DNA of 64,000 nucleotides from Solirubrobacterales bacterium. GTDB lineage: Bacteria > Actinomycetota > Thermoleophilia > Solirubrobacterales > 70-9. The notes beneath the pieces were generated by a model, which saw only the letters and a program-made list of their open reading frames with translations, ran no database searches and was not told the origin of the DNA. The DNA is taken from positions 29,876-93,875 of the forward strand of contig JAWKKC010000006.1 in NCBI GenBank assembly GCA_041393445.1, given 5' to 3'. Made by a program: the position numbers and the translations under genes. Below, piece after piece: positions 8,410-19,500 of the stretch. The number at the start of each line of letters is the position of its first letter. Within the stretch, counting starts at the first letter, position 1.

Positions 8410-9135
8410 ATGTCGAGGTTTTCGGACGGAGTTCCTGCGGTGACCCAGCGCAGGTGGCGCCTCGCGGCGACCCTCGCGGCGGCCTGCTCCCTCGCGGTCC
8501 TGATCCCGCTCACGGCCGGTTCCAGCGCCGCCAAGGTGGCGAAGACGACGGTGATCCTCGGCCAGACCTCGCAGGTCCCTGATCCCTCCTGCCCCGAGAA
8601 TCCGTGCCAGGCGATCGGCAGCGTCACCGGCTTCCAGGTCAGCAACGGCCAGACCAAGCTGCCCTTCCGAGTGCCCCACGACGGCACGATCAAGGCCTGG
8701 ACCCTGACCCTGGCCCAGCCGACCAACAAGGAGCGCGCCTTCTTCAACGGCTTCTTCGGCACCCCGCCGGAGGCCCGCCTGGCGATCCTGCGCCGCGTCC
8801 CGGGCACCAACCCGCCCCGCTACAACCTGCGCCGCCAGGGCTCGATCAAGGTTCTCTCGCCCTACCTGGGCCAAACCGTCCGCTTCGGCGCCAATCTGAA
8901 GGTTGCGAAGGGCGACATCGTCGGCCTCAGCGTGCCGACCTGGGCCCCGGCCTTCGCCCAGGACCTCTCGGCAAAGAACGTCTGGCGCGCCAGTCGCGAG
9001 CCGGGCAAGTGCACCAACGCGACCGATCTGCGCCAGGGCGAACCGCAGGAACGGGTCAACAAGCGCCGGACCTACGGCTGTCGCTACCGCACCGCGCGGC
9101 TGCTCTACACGGCCACCCTGGTCGAGAGCCGCTAG
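8410..9135 (+). CDS. Hypothetical secreted protein
   Basis: 241 aa with N-terminal RRWRLAATLAAACSLAVLIPLTAGSSAA signal (Tat-like RR), several Cys residues and good GC3. No family recognised. Confidence 0.6.
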   Translation: MSRFSDGVPAVTQRRWRLAATLAAACSLAVLIPLTAGSSAAKVAKTTVILGQTSQVPDPSCPENPCQAIGSVTGFQVSNGQTKLPFRVPHDGTIKAWTLTLAQPTNKERAFFNGFFGTPPEARLAILRRVPGTNPPRYNLRRQGSIKVLSPYLGQTVRFGANLKVAKGDIVGLSVPTWAPAFAQDLSAKNVWRASREPGKCTNATDLRQGEPQERVNKRRTYGCRYRTARLLYTATLVESR

Positions 9136-9150
9136 GCAAAGGGCTGCCGG

Positions 9151-9178
9151 GGCGCGGCGGGGATGCTCCCGCCGCGCC
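9151..9178 (+). terminator. GC-rich hairpin after the secreted-protein gene
   Basis: GGCGCGGCGGG-GATGCT-CCCGCCGCGCC, an 11-bp perfect stem with no U-tract. Confidence 0.45.
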
Positions 9179-9290
9179 GTAGCGCCTATTAGCAGTGCCC
9201 CGAGTCGTCAATTCGCGGCCGCCTTGCCGCATCTGGACGCGTTTGGACCCACCAGCCCGGCGCCGCCGAGGACGCCGAGCTGCGACGAGG

Positions 9291-9326
9291 ACGCAGTCGT
9301 CCCCGGACACCGGGGACGACTGCGTT
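9291..9326 (-). terminator. 16-bp perfect hairpin downstream of the CMD-family gene
   Basis: ACGCAGTCGTCCCCGG-ACAC-CCGGGGACGACTGCGT, located 48 nt past the minus-strand stop at 9374. Confidence 0.55.
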
Positions 9327-9373
9327 CGAGCCGGTCGCGTCATCCGGGCGTGCCCGGTCGCGGAAGCGACCGT

Positions 9374-9943
9374 CTAGGCTGCAGCCGCGGGCAGGACCCG
9401 CGGGGTGGCCTGGTCCTTGGGCAGCGCCGCGGCGCTGGCGATCAGGCTCTGGAACTCGTTGAGGGCGAGGTGGCCGACCGCCTCGAGGATCTCCTCGTCG
9501 GTCCAGCCCGTCTCGCGCGCCTCCTCGTGGAGGTGGAGCGGGGGCGGGCCCTCGGGGTCGATTGCCTCCTTCAGGTACCGCAGCAGCGCCGCCTCCTTCT
9601 CGTCGGCCGAGTCGAAGCTACGGGCGCGGGAGACCTCGTCGAGGCCGAGCCCGACCCGGCGCGCCGTTTTGGCGTGCTGGGCGATGCTGTAGTTGTCCTC
9701 GCGGTACTCGGCGACCGCCAGGGCGATTCGCTCACGGGTCGCCTGGGGGAGGACGCCGCTGCGCAGCTCCGAGCGCATCCTGGTGTATGCCCGCAGGACG
9801 GCGGGGGAGCCGGCGAGGACGCCGACGAACTTGCTGACCGCGCCACCCGCGGCCTGGATCGACTTGATCAAGGGAGCGCTCTCGTCGGGAGCGGTCAACT
9901 CGTCGTGGATCTGAAATCTGCTCACTGCCGTTTTTACCGTCAC
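9374..9943 (-). CDS. Carboxymuconolactone decarboxylase (AhpD-like) family protein
   Basis: 189 aa and all-helical. The segment RERIALAVAEYREDNYSIAQHAKTARRVGL resembles the CMD core, but the CxxC is absent. Confidence 0.55.
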   Translation of the reverse strand: MTVKTAVSRFQIHDELTAPDESAPLIKSIQAAGGAVSKFVGVLAGSPAVLRAYTRMRSELRSGVLPQATRERIALAVAEYREDNYSIAQHAKTARRVGLGLDEVSRARSFDSADEKEAALLRYLKEAIDPEGPPPLHLHEEARETGWTDEEILEAVGHLALNEFQSLIASAAALPKDQATPRVLPAAAA

Positions 9944-10181
9944 GTCGCTTCTCGTCTCTGCCCTGGTTGAGGCGAAACTAGGGATATTCCGCTTTACAGA
10001 GCCTTTAGGTGGCCTTTACTTTACTTTGAGCCGCTTACTTACGAGGAGTAAGTTATAGCTGTTTTCCCGCCCCCTCGCAAGCCACCGGGACTTCACTCCG
10101 ACTGCCCGATATACGTCGCCCCGCACCGCTTCGGTTCATTGGCCTATCGTTGCCACCTTCCCGCAGAGCAAGGAGGCAGGA

Positions 10182-11531
10182 ATGGAGCAACCGAAGAGCG
10201 CCGCAGACGTGATCGCATTCGTCGAGGAGCGCGACGTCCGCTTCGTCCGCCTCTGGTTCACCGACGTTCTCGGCCAGCTCAAGAGCTTCTCGATCAATCC
10301 CTCCGAGCTGGAGAGCGCCTTCGACCACGGGATGGGCTTCGACGGCTCCTCGATCACCGGCTTCAACCCGATCGAGGAGTCCGACATGATCGCCGTGCCC
10401 GACCCTTCGACCTTTGCGCTGATCCCCTGGCGTCCGGAGGAGGAGAACGCGGTGGCCCGGATGTTCTGCGACGTCCAGGTGCCCGGCGGCGGGCCCTACG
10501 AGGGCGATCCGCGCTGGATCATGCGGCGGGCCCTGAAGCGGGCCGAGGAGATGGGCTTCGACGCCTACAACATCGGCCCCGAGCTCGAGTTCTTCTACTT
10601 TCGCTCGGCAAAACCGGAGGGGGGCGTCCCCGAGGTCCTCGACGAGGGCGGCTACTTCGACCTGACTACGCTCGACGCCGGCTCCGACCTGCGCCGCGAG
10701 ACCGTCCTGGCGCTGGAAAAGATGGGGATCCACGTCGAGTACACCCACCACGAGGTCGGCCCCTCCCAGCACGAGGTCGACATGCGCTACAAGAACGCGC
10801 TCGACATGGCCGACGACTGCATGACGTACCGGATCGTGGTCAAGGAGTACGCGATGAAGTACGGCTACCACGCGACCTTCATGCCGAAGCCGCTGTTCGG
10901 CGAGAACGGGTCCGGGATGCACGTCCACCAATCGCTCTCGCGGGGCGGGCAGAACGCCTTCCACGACTCCGACGACCCCTACTACCTCTCGCCGGTGGCG
11001 AAGTCGTTCATCGCCGGCCAGCTCAAGCACGCGCGGGAGATCTCGCCGCTCTTCGCCCAGTGGGTCAACTCCTACAAGCGGCTCGTCCCCGGCTACGAGG
11101 CGCCGGTCTACCTGGCCTGGTCGCGCCGCAACCGCTCGGCCCTGATCCGGGTGCCGCTCTACCACCCCGGCAAGGAGGGGGCGACCCGGGCCGAGCTGCG
11201 CTGCCCCGACCCCGCCTGCAACCCCTACCTCTGCTTCGCCGGCATGCTGCAGGCCGGCCTGGAAGGGGTCGAGAAGGGCTATGAGCTGCCCGAGCCGATG
11301 GAGCAGAACCTCTACCACCTCTCCCAGGAGGAGCTCGCACACCAGGGGATCGAGCAGCTGCCGGCGACGCTCGGCGAGGCGATCGAGATCGCCGCCGACT
11401 CGGAGCTGGTCCTGCGCACCCTCGGCGAGCACACCTTCCGCCGCTTCGTCGAGATCAAGCGGCAGGAATGGGACGAGTACCGGGTCCAGGTCACGCCCTT
11501 CGAGATCGAGAACTTCCTGCCGATCCTCTGA
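10182..11531 (+). CDS. glnA: Glutamine synthetase, type I
   Basis: 449 aa with VRFVRLWFTDVLGQLKSF, GFDGSSI, ELEFF, GSGMHVHQSL and NSYKRLVPGYEAP. AAGGAGG SD upstream. Confidence 0.93.
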   Translation: MEQPKSAADVIAFVEERDVRFVRLWFTDVLGQLKSFSINPSELESAFDHGMGFDGSSITGFNPIEESDMIAVPDPSTFALIPWRPEEENAVARMFCDVQVPGGGPYEGDPRWIMRRALKRAEEMGFDAYNIGPELEFFYFRSAKPEGGVPEVLDEGGYFDLTTLDAGSDLRRETVLALEKMGIHVEYTHHEVGPSQHEVDMRYKNALDMADDCMTYRIVVKEYAMKYGYHATFMPKPLFGENGSGMHVHQSLSRGGQNAFHDSDDPYYLSPVAKSFIAGQLKHAREISPLFAQWVNSYKRLVPGYEAPVYLAWSRRNRSALIRVPLYHPGKEGATRAELRCPDPACNPYLCFAGMLQAGLEGVEKGYELPEPMEQNLYHLSQEELAHQGIEQLPATLGEAIEIAADSELVLRTLGEHTFRRFVEIKRQEWDEYRVQVTPFEIENFLPIL

Positions 11532-11542
11532 TCGGGACCGCG

Positions 11543-12217
11543 GTGGCGCAGCTCCACGTCCTTCGCGTCTTCACCGACGAGAGCGGCCGGCACGGCAACC
11601 CGCTCGGCGTCTTCCTCGACGGGGCGGAGATCCCCGAGGACGAGGAGCGCCAGGATGTCGCCGCCGACCTCGGCTTCTCCGAGACCGTCTTCGTCGACGA
11701 CCCCGGCACCGGCGCCTGCCGGATCTTCACCCCGGGGCTGGAGCTCGGCTTCGCCGGGCATCCCACGGTCGGCACCGCCTGGCTGCTGGCCCGCGAAGGG
11801 CAGCCGCTGTCGACTCTGCGCCCGCCGGCCGGCGAGGTCGCGGTCCGCCATCGGGGCGACCTGACCTTCGTCTCGGCAGCCGCCGAGTGGTCGCCGCCCT
11901 GGGAACTCGAGCAGCTGCCCGACCCGGCCGAGGTCGAGGCCGTCACCGAACCGCCTCCGGGACGGATGCTGCCCTGCTACTGGGCCTGGCAGGACGAGGA
12001 GGCGGGGATGGTCCGCTCACGCTGCTTCTCGGTCGAGGACATCGGCGAGGACGAGGCGACCGGATCGGCGGCGATCGTGCTGGCCGCGGAGTTGAGCCGG
12101 GACCTGACCATCCACCAGGGGCGCGGCTCGCTGCTGCACGCCGGCGCACTGGGACCGGGCTGGGCCGAGGTCGGCGGCCGGGTCAGCCTCGACGAGGTCC
12201 GCGACTACGGTGCCTGA
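11543..12217 (+). CDS. PhzF-family isomerase-like protein (short form)
   Basis: LRVFTDESGRHGNPLGVF, ETVFV and GHPTVGTAWLL motifs. GTG 11543 is chosen to avoid overlap with glnA, so the start is uncertain. Confidence 0.6.
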   Translation: MAQLHVLRVFTDESGRHGNPLGVFLDGAEIPEDEERQDVAADLGFSETVFVDDPGTGACRIFTPGLELGFAGHPTVGTAWLLAREGQPLSTLRPPAGEVAVRHRGDLTFVSAAAEWSPPWELEQLPDPAEVEAVTEPPPGRMLPCYWAWQDEEAGMVRSRCFSVEDIGEDEATGSAAIVLAAELSRDLTIHQGRGSLLHAGALGPGWAEVGGRVSLDEVRDYGA

Positions 12218-12252
12218 ACACTTTTTCGGCCGCGGAGCCGAAAAAGTGTTCA
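12215..12252. terminator. Bidirectional hairpin between convergent genes; both stop codons lie inside the stem
   Basis: TGAACACTTTTTCGGC-CGCGGA-GCCGAAAAAGTGTTCA is a 16-bp perfect stem containing A5/T5 runs. TGA (12215-12217) ends the PhzF-like gene. TCA (12250-12252) is the complement of the MMPL stop. Confidence 0.7.
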
Positions 12253-14709
12253 GGGTTGCCGGCGCGACAGCGCCGAGGGCCACCAGAAGCGATTGCCCAT
12301 GGTCAGCGCGATCGAGGGGACCAGGACGCTGCGGACCAGAAAGGTGTCGAGCAGGACGCCGAAGGCGACCACGAAGCCCAGCTCGGTGAGGAAGACCAGG
12401 GGCAGCACCGCCAGCACCGAGAAGGTGCCGGCGAGGACGATCCCGGCGCTGGTGATCACCCCGCCGGTGACCGCGAGGGCGCGCAGGATCCCCTGTTTGG
12501 AGCCATGCTTCTCGGCCTCCTCGCGCGCCCGGGCGATCAGGAAGATGTTGTAGTCGACGCCGAGCGCGACCAGGAAGACGAAGGCGGCCAGGGGCAGCGA
12601 CGGGTCTGAGCCCGGGAAGCCGAAGACGAGGTCGAAGACCAGGTACCCGAAGCCGAGGGCGGCGAGGAAGCTGAGGATCACGGTTCCGATCAGGACCAGC
12701 GGCGCGGCCAGGGCGCGCAGCAGCCCGATCAGGATCAGGAAGACGACGATCAGGATCAGCGGCGGGATCACCAGCGAGTCGCGGCTGGCCGCGACTCGCA
12801 GGTCGTGTTGGACCGCGGTCGGGCCACCGACCAGCGAGTCCGGTTCGGCCCGATGCACGGCCTCGCGGAGCGGGTCGACCAGATCGATCGCGGCGGTCGA
12901 ATACGGTTCCGGCTCGAGCGTCGCTTCGAACAGCACCCCGGGGACGCCCTGGGCGACCGGCTCGGCGACGGCCTCGACCCCCGGAACCGCGGCGACCGCC
13001 TCGCGCACCGCTTCGACTCGGGCCGGATCGGCGACGACCACGTTGGTTGGCGCGGTGGCGCCCGAGGGGAAGCTCTCGTTGACCAGGTCCTGGCCTTCGA
13101 CCGACTCGACGGCGCCGCGGAAGGAGTCGTTTTCGGTCAGGTCGGTGGAGAAGAAGGCGAACCCGGCGCAGAGCACGAGCAAGACCGCGAAGGCCCCGGC
13201 CATCACCCGCAGCGGCCGCGCCGCGACGCGGTCGCCGACTCGTTTCCAGACCCCGTGGGTAGCGTCGACCTGGCGCTCGGAGCGGTGGCGACGGAACTCG
13301 TACGGGGTGAAGATCCGGCGGTCGAGCGGCGATATCAGCGGCGGGATGTTGCCACCGCTCAGCCTGCGCAGCACCCAGTAGAGCAGCACCACGGGCAGGA
13401 AGACGATGCCGAGGACGAGCACCACCAGACAGGAGAGGACGACCTTGACGGTGACCGCGACGGCCGGGCCGTCGACGATCTTCTCGCGGGCTCGCGCCGA
13501 GATCGCGGCCGGGTCGGGGGCGGTCTCGGGAGTGTGGGGGACGAAGGGCCAGAAGGCGCGGCGGCCGACGATGGTCAGCAGCGCCGGCAGCAGGGTGAGC
13601 ATCGAGAGCGCCGCACAGAAGATCCCGATCGCGCCGATCGGTCCCAGTCCGGCGGTCCCGTTGACGTCGGCGAGCATCAGGCAGAGCAGGGCGGCGATCA
13701 CGGTCGCCGCCGAGGCGAAGATCGTCGGTCCGGCCGAGGCCAGGGCGGTCCGCATCGCCGCGTGGCGGTCGTCGCTGTGGTGCAACTCCTCGCGGTAGCG
13801 GGCGACCAGCAGCAGCGCGTAGTCGGTGCCGGCGCCGAGCACCAGCACCGACATGATCGAGCTGGACTGGCCGTTGACCGTGAACCCGAGCTCGGAGACG
13901 CCGTAACCGAGCGAGCGTGAGAGCGCCTCGGCGAATAGCACCGCAACCACCGGCAGGAGGAAGAACATCGGCGAGCGGTAGATCACGATCAGCAGGAAGA
14001 TCACCAGGCTGACCGCGGCCAGCAGCAACGTCCCGTTGATGTTTTCGAAGACCTTGACCGCGTCGGCGGAGAAGCCGGCGCCGCCGGTGATCTTCGCCTC
14101 GAGGCCGCCGCCGATCTCCCCGAGCACGTCTTGCCAGGCGTCGATCGGCTCGGTGATCTTCCTGCCGTCGCCTTCGGGTTTGATGTACGCGGAGATCAGC
14201 GCCGCCTTGCCGTCTTCGGAACAGACCGGGCCGACGAAGGGTTGGTAGCCGGGCGGCTGGCCGGGCACCGTGGTCGCCTGGCCGCCGCAGCCGGGCGGCA
14301 GGCTGCCGGGTGGAACTGCCGCCTCGGCCGGCTCGCCGCTCTCGCCACCGGATGCCGCCGTCGTCCCGTCGGCGATCACTCCGTCGAAGCGCTCCACGGT
14401 CATCGCCGCGACCGCCTCCTCGATCGTTTTGAAGTCCGCCGGGGTCAGGCCCTCGTCGCGGCGGAAGACGATCACCGCTGGGGCGAGCTCGCCGCCCTGC
14501 AGGACTTCGGTGGCTTCCAGCGCCGCCGTCGATTCGGCATCGCCGGGCAGGTAGGAGGTCGACTCGTTGTCTTCCGCCTCGTCGAACTTGGCGATCAGCT
14601 GTGCCGGACCGGCAGCGACGACGATCGCGGCCAGCCAGACGGCGACGACGATCCACTTGGCCCGACGACCGGCCGGGAAGGTGAAGGGAGAGCCGCGCAC
14701 CGGCGGCAA
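12250..14709 (-). CDS. MMPL-family (RND superfamily) membrane transporter
   Basis: 819 aa with two 6-TM bundles and the repeated MMPL signature (GAGTDYALLLVARYREEL and ALGVDYNIFLIARAREE). Confidence 0.88.
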   Translation of the reverse strand: MPPVRGSPFTFPAGRRAKWIVVAVWLAAIVVAAGPAQLIAKFDEAEDNESTSYLPGDAESTAALEATEVLQGGELAPAVIVFRRDEGLTPADFKTIEEAVAAMTVERFDGVIADGTTAASGGESGEPAEAAVPPGSLPPGCGGQATTVPGQPPGYQPFVGPVCSEDGKAALISAYIKPEGDGRKITEPIDAWQDVLGEIGGGLEAKITGGAGFSADAVKVFENINGTLLLAAVSLVIFLLIVIYRSPMFFLLPVVAVLFAEALSRSLGYGVSELGFTVNGQSSSIMSVLVLGAGTDYALLLVARYREELHHSDDRHAAMRTALASAGPTIFASAATVIAALLCLMLADVNGTAGLGPIGAIGIFCAALSMLTLLPALLTIVGRRAFWPFVPHTPETAPDPAAISARAREKIVDGPAVAVTVKVVLSCLVVLVLGIVFLPVVLLYWVLRRLSGGNIPPLISPLDRRIFTPYEFRRHRSERQVDATHGVWKRVGDRVAARPLRVMAGAFAVLLVLCAGFAFFSTDLTENDSFRGAVESVEGQDLVNESFPSGATAPTNVVVADPARVEAVREAVAAVPGVEAVAEPVAQGVPGVLFEATLEPEPYSTAAIDLVDPLREAVHRAEPDSLVGGPTAVQHDLRVAASRDSLVIPPLILIVVFLILIGLLRALAAPLVLIGTVILSFLAALGFGYLVFDLVFGFPGSDPSLPLAAFVFLVALGVDYNIFLIARAREEAEKHGSKQGILRALAVTGGVITSAGIVLAGTFSVLAVLPLVFLTELGFVVAFGVLLDTFLVRSVLVPSIALTMGNRFWWPSALSRRQP

Positions 14710-14744
14710 TCCTTACAAATACTCGAGCTGTACTCCGAGAAGAT

Positions 14745-16718
<1,974 letters not shown>

Positions 16719-16853
16719 CGCTCTCACCTTACCTTGGGGCGATCTCAAGATTTGGTTATTGGGGGTGTCGGGGTAGCCTAAATTCGGGTCCTGCAGCCGG
16801 ATTCGCGCATATCCGCGGCTGTGCCGCCGCCGCTTCTCTAACTTCAGAGTGCG

Positions 16854-18266
16854 GTGCTAGGACCAGAACGTTCCCAAAGGCACGATCCGGCCGTCGAGGT
16901 CGCTCTGAAGAAGCTCTCCGAGGCTGACCGGCAGGCGGTGCGCGACGCCCTGCAGCGGGCCCAGAAGACCGAGTCCGAGCTGCGCTTCCTGGCCGATCAC
17001 GATCCTCTCACCGGGTTGCTCAACCGGCGCCGCTTCCGCGCCGAGCTGGACCAGTGCGTCTCTTTCACCGAGCGCTACGGTGGCCGCGGCGCGGTGATGA
17101 TCATCGACATCGACGGGTTGAAGCAGGTCAACGACACCCATGGCCACCAGCCCGGCGACAACCTGATCCGCGGGATCGCCAACGTGCTGAAGGAACGGGT
17201 TCGGGCGACCGACATCGTCGCCCGCCTCTCCGGCGACGAGTTCGCGGTCCTGATGCCGCAGACCGACACCGCCGGCGCTCTGCAGCTCGGCGAGGACCTG
17301 CGAGCCGAGGTCGCCGAGGGGGTGGTCGACCTGGTCGAGCCGGAGGCGACCACGATCAGCGTCGGGATCACGATGTTCGGCGGCGACGGCCCGGTCAGCG
17401 CCGAGGCCGTCCTGGTCGCCGCCGACGAGGCGATGTACCGGGCCAAGGCGGAGGGGCGCAACCGGATCGCCCTCTTCCAGGGGCCGGACGAACGGGGCTC
17501 CGAGCCGCGGCGCAACCTGAGCACCGGGGCGCTGATCCGCGACGCGCTCACCCAGGGTCGCCTCGGCCTCGCCACGCAGCCGATCCGCAATCTCGCCGAC
17601 GGTGGGATCGAGCGCTACGAGCTGCTGCTGCGGATGACCGCGCGCGACGGCGAGGTGCTCCCGGCCGCCTCCTTCATCCACGCCGCCGAGCGCTCCGGGA
17701 TGGTCCAGGAGCTGGACCGCTGGGTGGTCGGGCAGGCGCTCGAGATCCTCGCCCAGCGCGAGCGCGAGGGCGATCCGATCTCCCTCCACGTCAACCTCGC
17801 CGGCTCCTCGCTCAGCGACGCCTCGATGTTCGAGTACATCGAGCGGCGGCTCGACGAGGGCGAGGCCGACCCCGCCCGCTGCACCTTCGAGATCACCCAC
17901 GGCATGCGGGTCGAGGACTACGACGCCGCGGCCGGGTTCGCCGACCGCCTCACCGAGTTCGGTTGCGAGGTCGCGATCGACCACTATGGAGCCGGCATCG
18001 GCCCCTTCCGCTACCTGCGCAGCTTCCCCTTCGACCTGATCAAGATCGACGGCTCATTCGTCCGCGAGATGTCGCACAACGACGCCGACCAGCTGACCGT
18101 GAAGGCGATCGTCCAGGTGGCGCGGGGGCTCGGCAAGACGACGATCGCCGAGTACGTCGAGGACGAGGAGACGACCCGGCTGCTGCGCGAGTACGGCGTC
18201 GACATGGCCCAGGGCTTCCACCTCGGCCGCCCCGAAGACGCCGAGCGGACGCTGAGGCTGTCCTAG
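16854..18266 (+). CDS. GGDEF-EAL dual-domain c-di-GMP turnover protein
   Basis: [12 protein letters not shown] and [11 protein letters not shown] (SGDEF variant) are followed by an EAL domain ([33 protein letters not shown]). No obvious sensor domain. Confidence 0.88.
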   Translation: MLGPERSQRHDPAVEVALKKLSEADRQAVRDALQRAQKTESELRFLADHDPLTGLLNRRRFRAELDQCVSFTERYGGRGAVMIIDIDGLKQVNDTHGHQPGDNLIRGIANVLKERVRATDIVARLSGDEFAVLMPQTDTAGALQLGEDLRAEVAEGVVDLVEPEATTISVGITMFGGDGPVSAEAVLVAADEAMYRAKAEGRNRIALFQGPDERGSEPRRNLSTGALIRDALTQGRLGLATQPIRNLADGGIERYELLLRMTARDGEVLPAASFIHAAERSGMVQELDRWVVGQALEILAQREREGDPISLHVNLAGSSLSDASMFEYIERRLDEGEADPARCTFEITHGMRVEDYDAAAGFADRLTEFGCEVAIDHYGAGIGPFRYLRSFPFDLIKIDGSFVREMSHNDADQLTVKAIVQVARGLGKTTIAEYVEDEETTRLLREYGVDMAQGFHLGRPEDAERTLRLS

Positions 18267-18280
18267 GCGGCTGGCGCCGC

Positions 18281-18790
18281 TCAGCCGCGGCCGAGCCGTT
18301 TGGCGAGCCGGGTCTTGAGGTTCATCAACCCCGTCGCCAGCTTCTCCGCGCCCGAGCCCTGGGGCGGCAGGGCGCCGAGCTGGCGGGCCATCTCGGCGCC
18401 GTTCATGTAGGCGTCGTTGCGCTGGATGCGGCCGTCGCGGACGGTCAGCACGTCGCAGCCCTGCACCTCGACCCGCTTGCCGTTCGGCAGCATCCCTTCG
18501 AAGCAGGCGGTGCCGCTGAAGGTGCCGGTCGCCTTCCAGCGCACCACCGCCTTGTCGCCCGCGGCGACCACGTCGAGGACCTCCATCGAGAAGTCGGGGA
18601 AGGCGCTGAACAGGTTGCCGAACCAGGACCGGTAGGTGTCGGGGACGCGGAGCGCGACGAGGCCGTGGATCTCGCCGATCCCGCCCGGCTCATAGAACGA
18701 CTCCATCCGGTCGAGGTCGCGCGCCGCGACAGCCTCGAAGTAGGCGGAGGCGACGGCCGCGGGGTCGGTCGGCTGTGACTCGGTAGCCAC
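18281..18790 (-). CDS. SnoaL/NTF2-like (ester-cyclase-like) protein
   Basis: ASAYFEAVAARDLDRMESFY...VVRWKATGTFSG...GCDVLTVRDGRIQRNDAY is typical of the SnoaL-like fold. GTG 18790 is chosen as start. Confidence 0.6.
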   Translation of the reverse strand: MATESQPTDPAAVASAYFEAVAARDLDRMESFYEPGGIGEIHGLVALRVPDTYRSWFGNLFSAFPDFSMEVLDVVAAGDKAVVRWKATGTFSGTACFEGMLPNGKRVEVQGCDVLTVRDGRIQRNDAYMNGAEMARQLGALPPQGSGAEKLATGLMNLKTRLAKRLGRG

Positions 18791-18827
18791 GATCCCACCA
18801 ACTATCCCACGCCGACGCCCGCGGCGC

Positions 18828-19400
18828 TCAGTGCGACAGCTTGCCGCCGATTCTCCCGCTGTCTTCACAGCTGCTGCTGCCGAGCACGTACTTCGTTTCG
18901 TGCTCGAGCGTGTAGCGCAGCGTCTTCGGGTCGATCTCCGCCGACCAGGCGACCGTGAGGGTTCCGCCGCCGACCACCTGGAAGGAGCCGTCGGCGACCA
19001 GAGAGCCCTTGCGCGAGTTCAGCGGCACCTGCTCCCCGCTACCCGCTTCCAGCGGGACGCAGAGCTCGCGCAGCTCGATCTTGTCGAGCTGGATCCTGCT
19101 GCCGCCACCGGTGACCTTGAAGGCGACGCCGCCCCGCGGGTCCTCGTAGAGGCCGTTGGCGAGCTTGCCCGAGCCGTTCTCCTGCCTGTGCTTGTTCTTC
19201 TGCTTCCGCTGGCACCTCTTCCTCGCCTTGCCCTTCTTGCCCTTGCAGGACTTCGTCTTCCCCTTGCCCTTCTTGCCCTTGCTCGGCGTGGCGATCGCCG
19301 ACGTCCCGTCTGCGGCGGTTGAGGCCGCGGCCGCGGCGCCGGGCGCGAGTGCCACGGCGAGGACGGCGAGCAGGCCAAGCAACGCATTTCTCCCGATCAT
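18828..19400 (-). CDS. Hypothetical secreted protein with a Lys-rich linker
   Basis: GGAGAGGA SD and ATG 19400. Signal peptide MIGRNALLGLLAVLAVALAPGAAAAA, then KGKKGKGKTKSCKGKKGKARKRCQRKQKNKHRQ and a beta-rich C-terminal domain. Confidence 0.65.
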   Translation of the reverse strand: MIGRNALLGLLAVLAVALAPGAAAAASTAADGTSAIATPSKGKKGKGKTKSCKGKKGKARKRCQRKQKNKHRQENGSGKLANGLYEDPRGGVAFKVTGGGSRIQLDKIELRELCVPLEAGSGEQVPLNSRKGSLVADGSFQVVGGGTLTVAWSAEIDPKTLRYTLEHETKYVLGSSSCEDSGRIGGKLSH

Positions 19401-19500
19401 CGATTCCTCTCCGGTTCTGGGTCCGAACCAAGTCAAGGTAGGGCGTCGGCGGCGGGCCCGCGCGAAGTTGGGCCGAACGGCCCAAAGCGGCGTGGAGCGC

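Noticed and set aside
9944-10181. Possible nitrogen-regulator (GlnR/TnrA-type) boxes or a riboswitch upstream of glnA
   Set aside because: The 238-nt leader is relatively AT-rich, with repeated (C/T)TTAC units and a short palindrome ACTTAC-GAGGA-GTAAGT. I could not match a GlnR (gTnAc-n6-GaAAc) or TnrA (TGTNAN7TNACA) consensus or the glnA RNA motif convincingly.
12017-14656. 879-aa minus-strand ORF overlapping the MMPL gene in another frame
   Set aside because: Its composition is R/G/P/D-rich and repetitive. The 12250-14709 frame gives a bona fide 12-TM MMPL protein.
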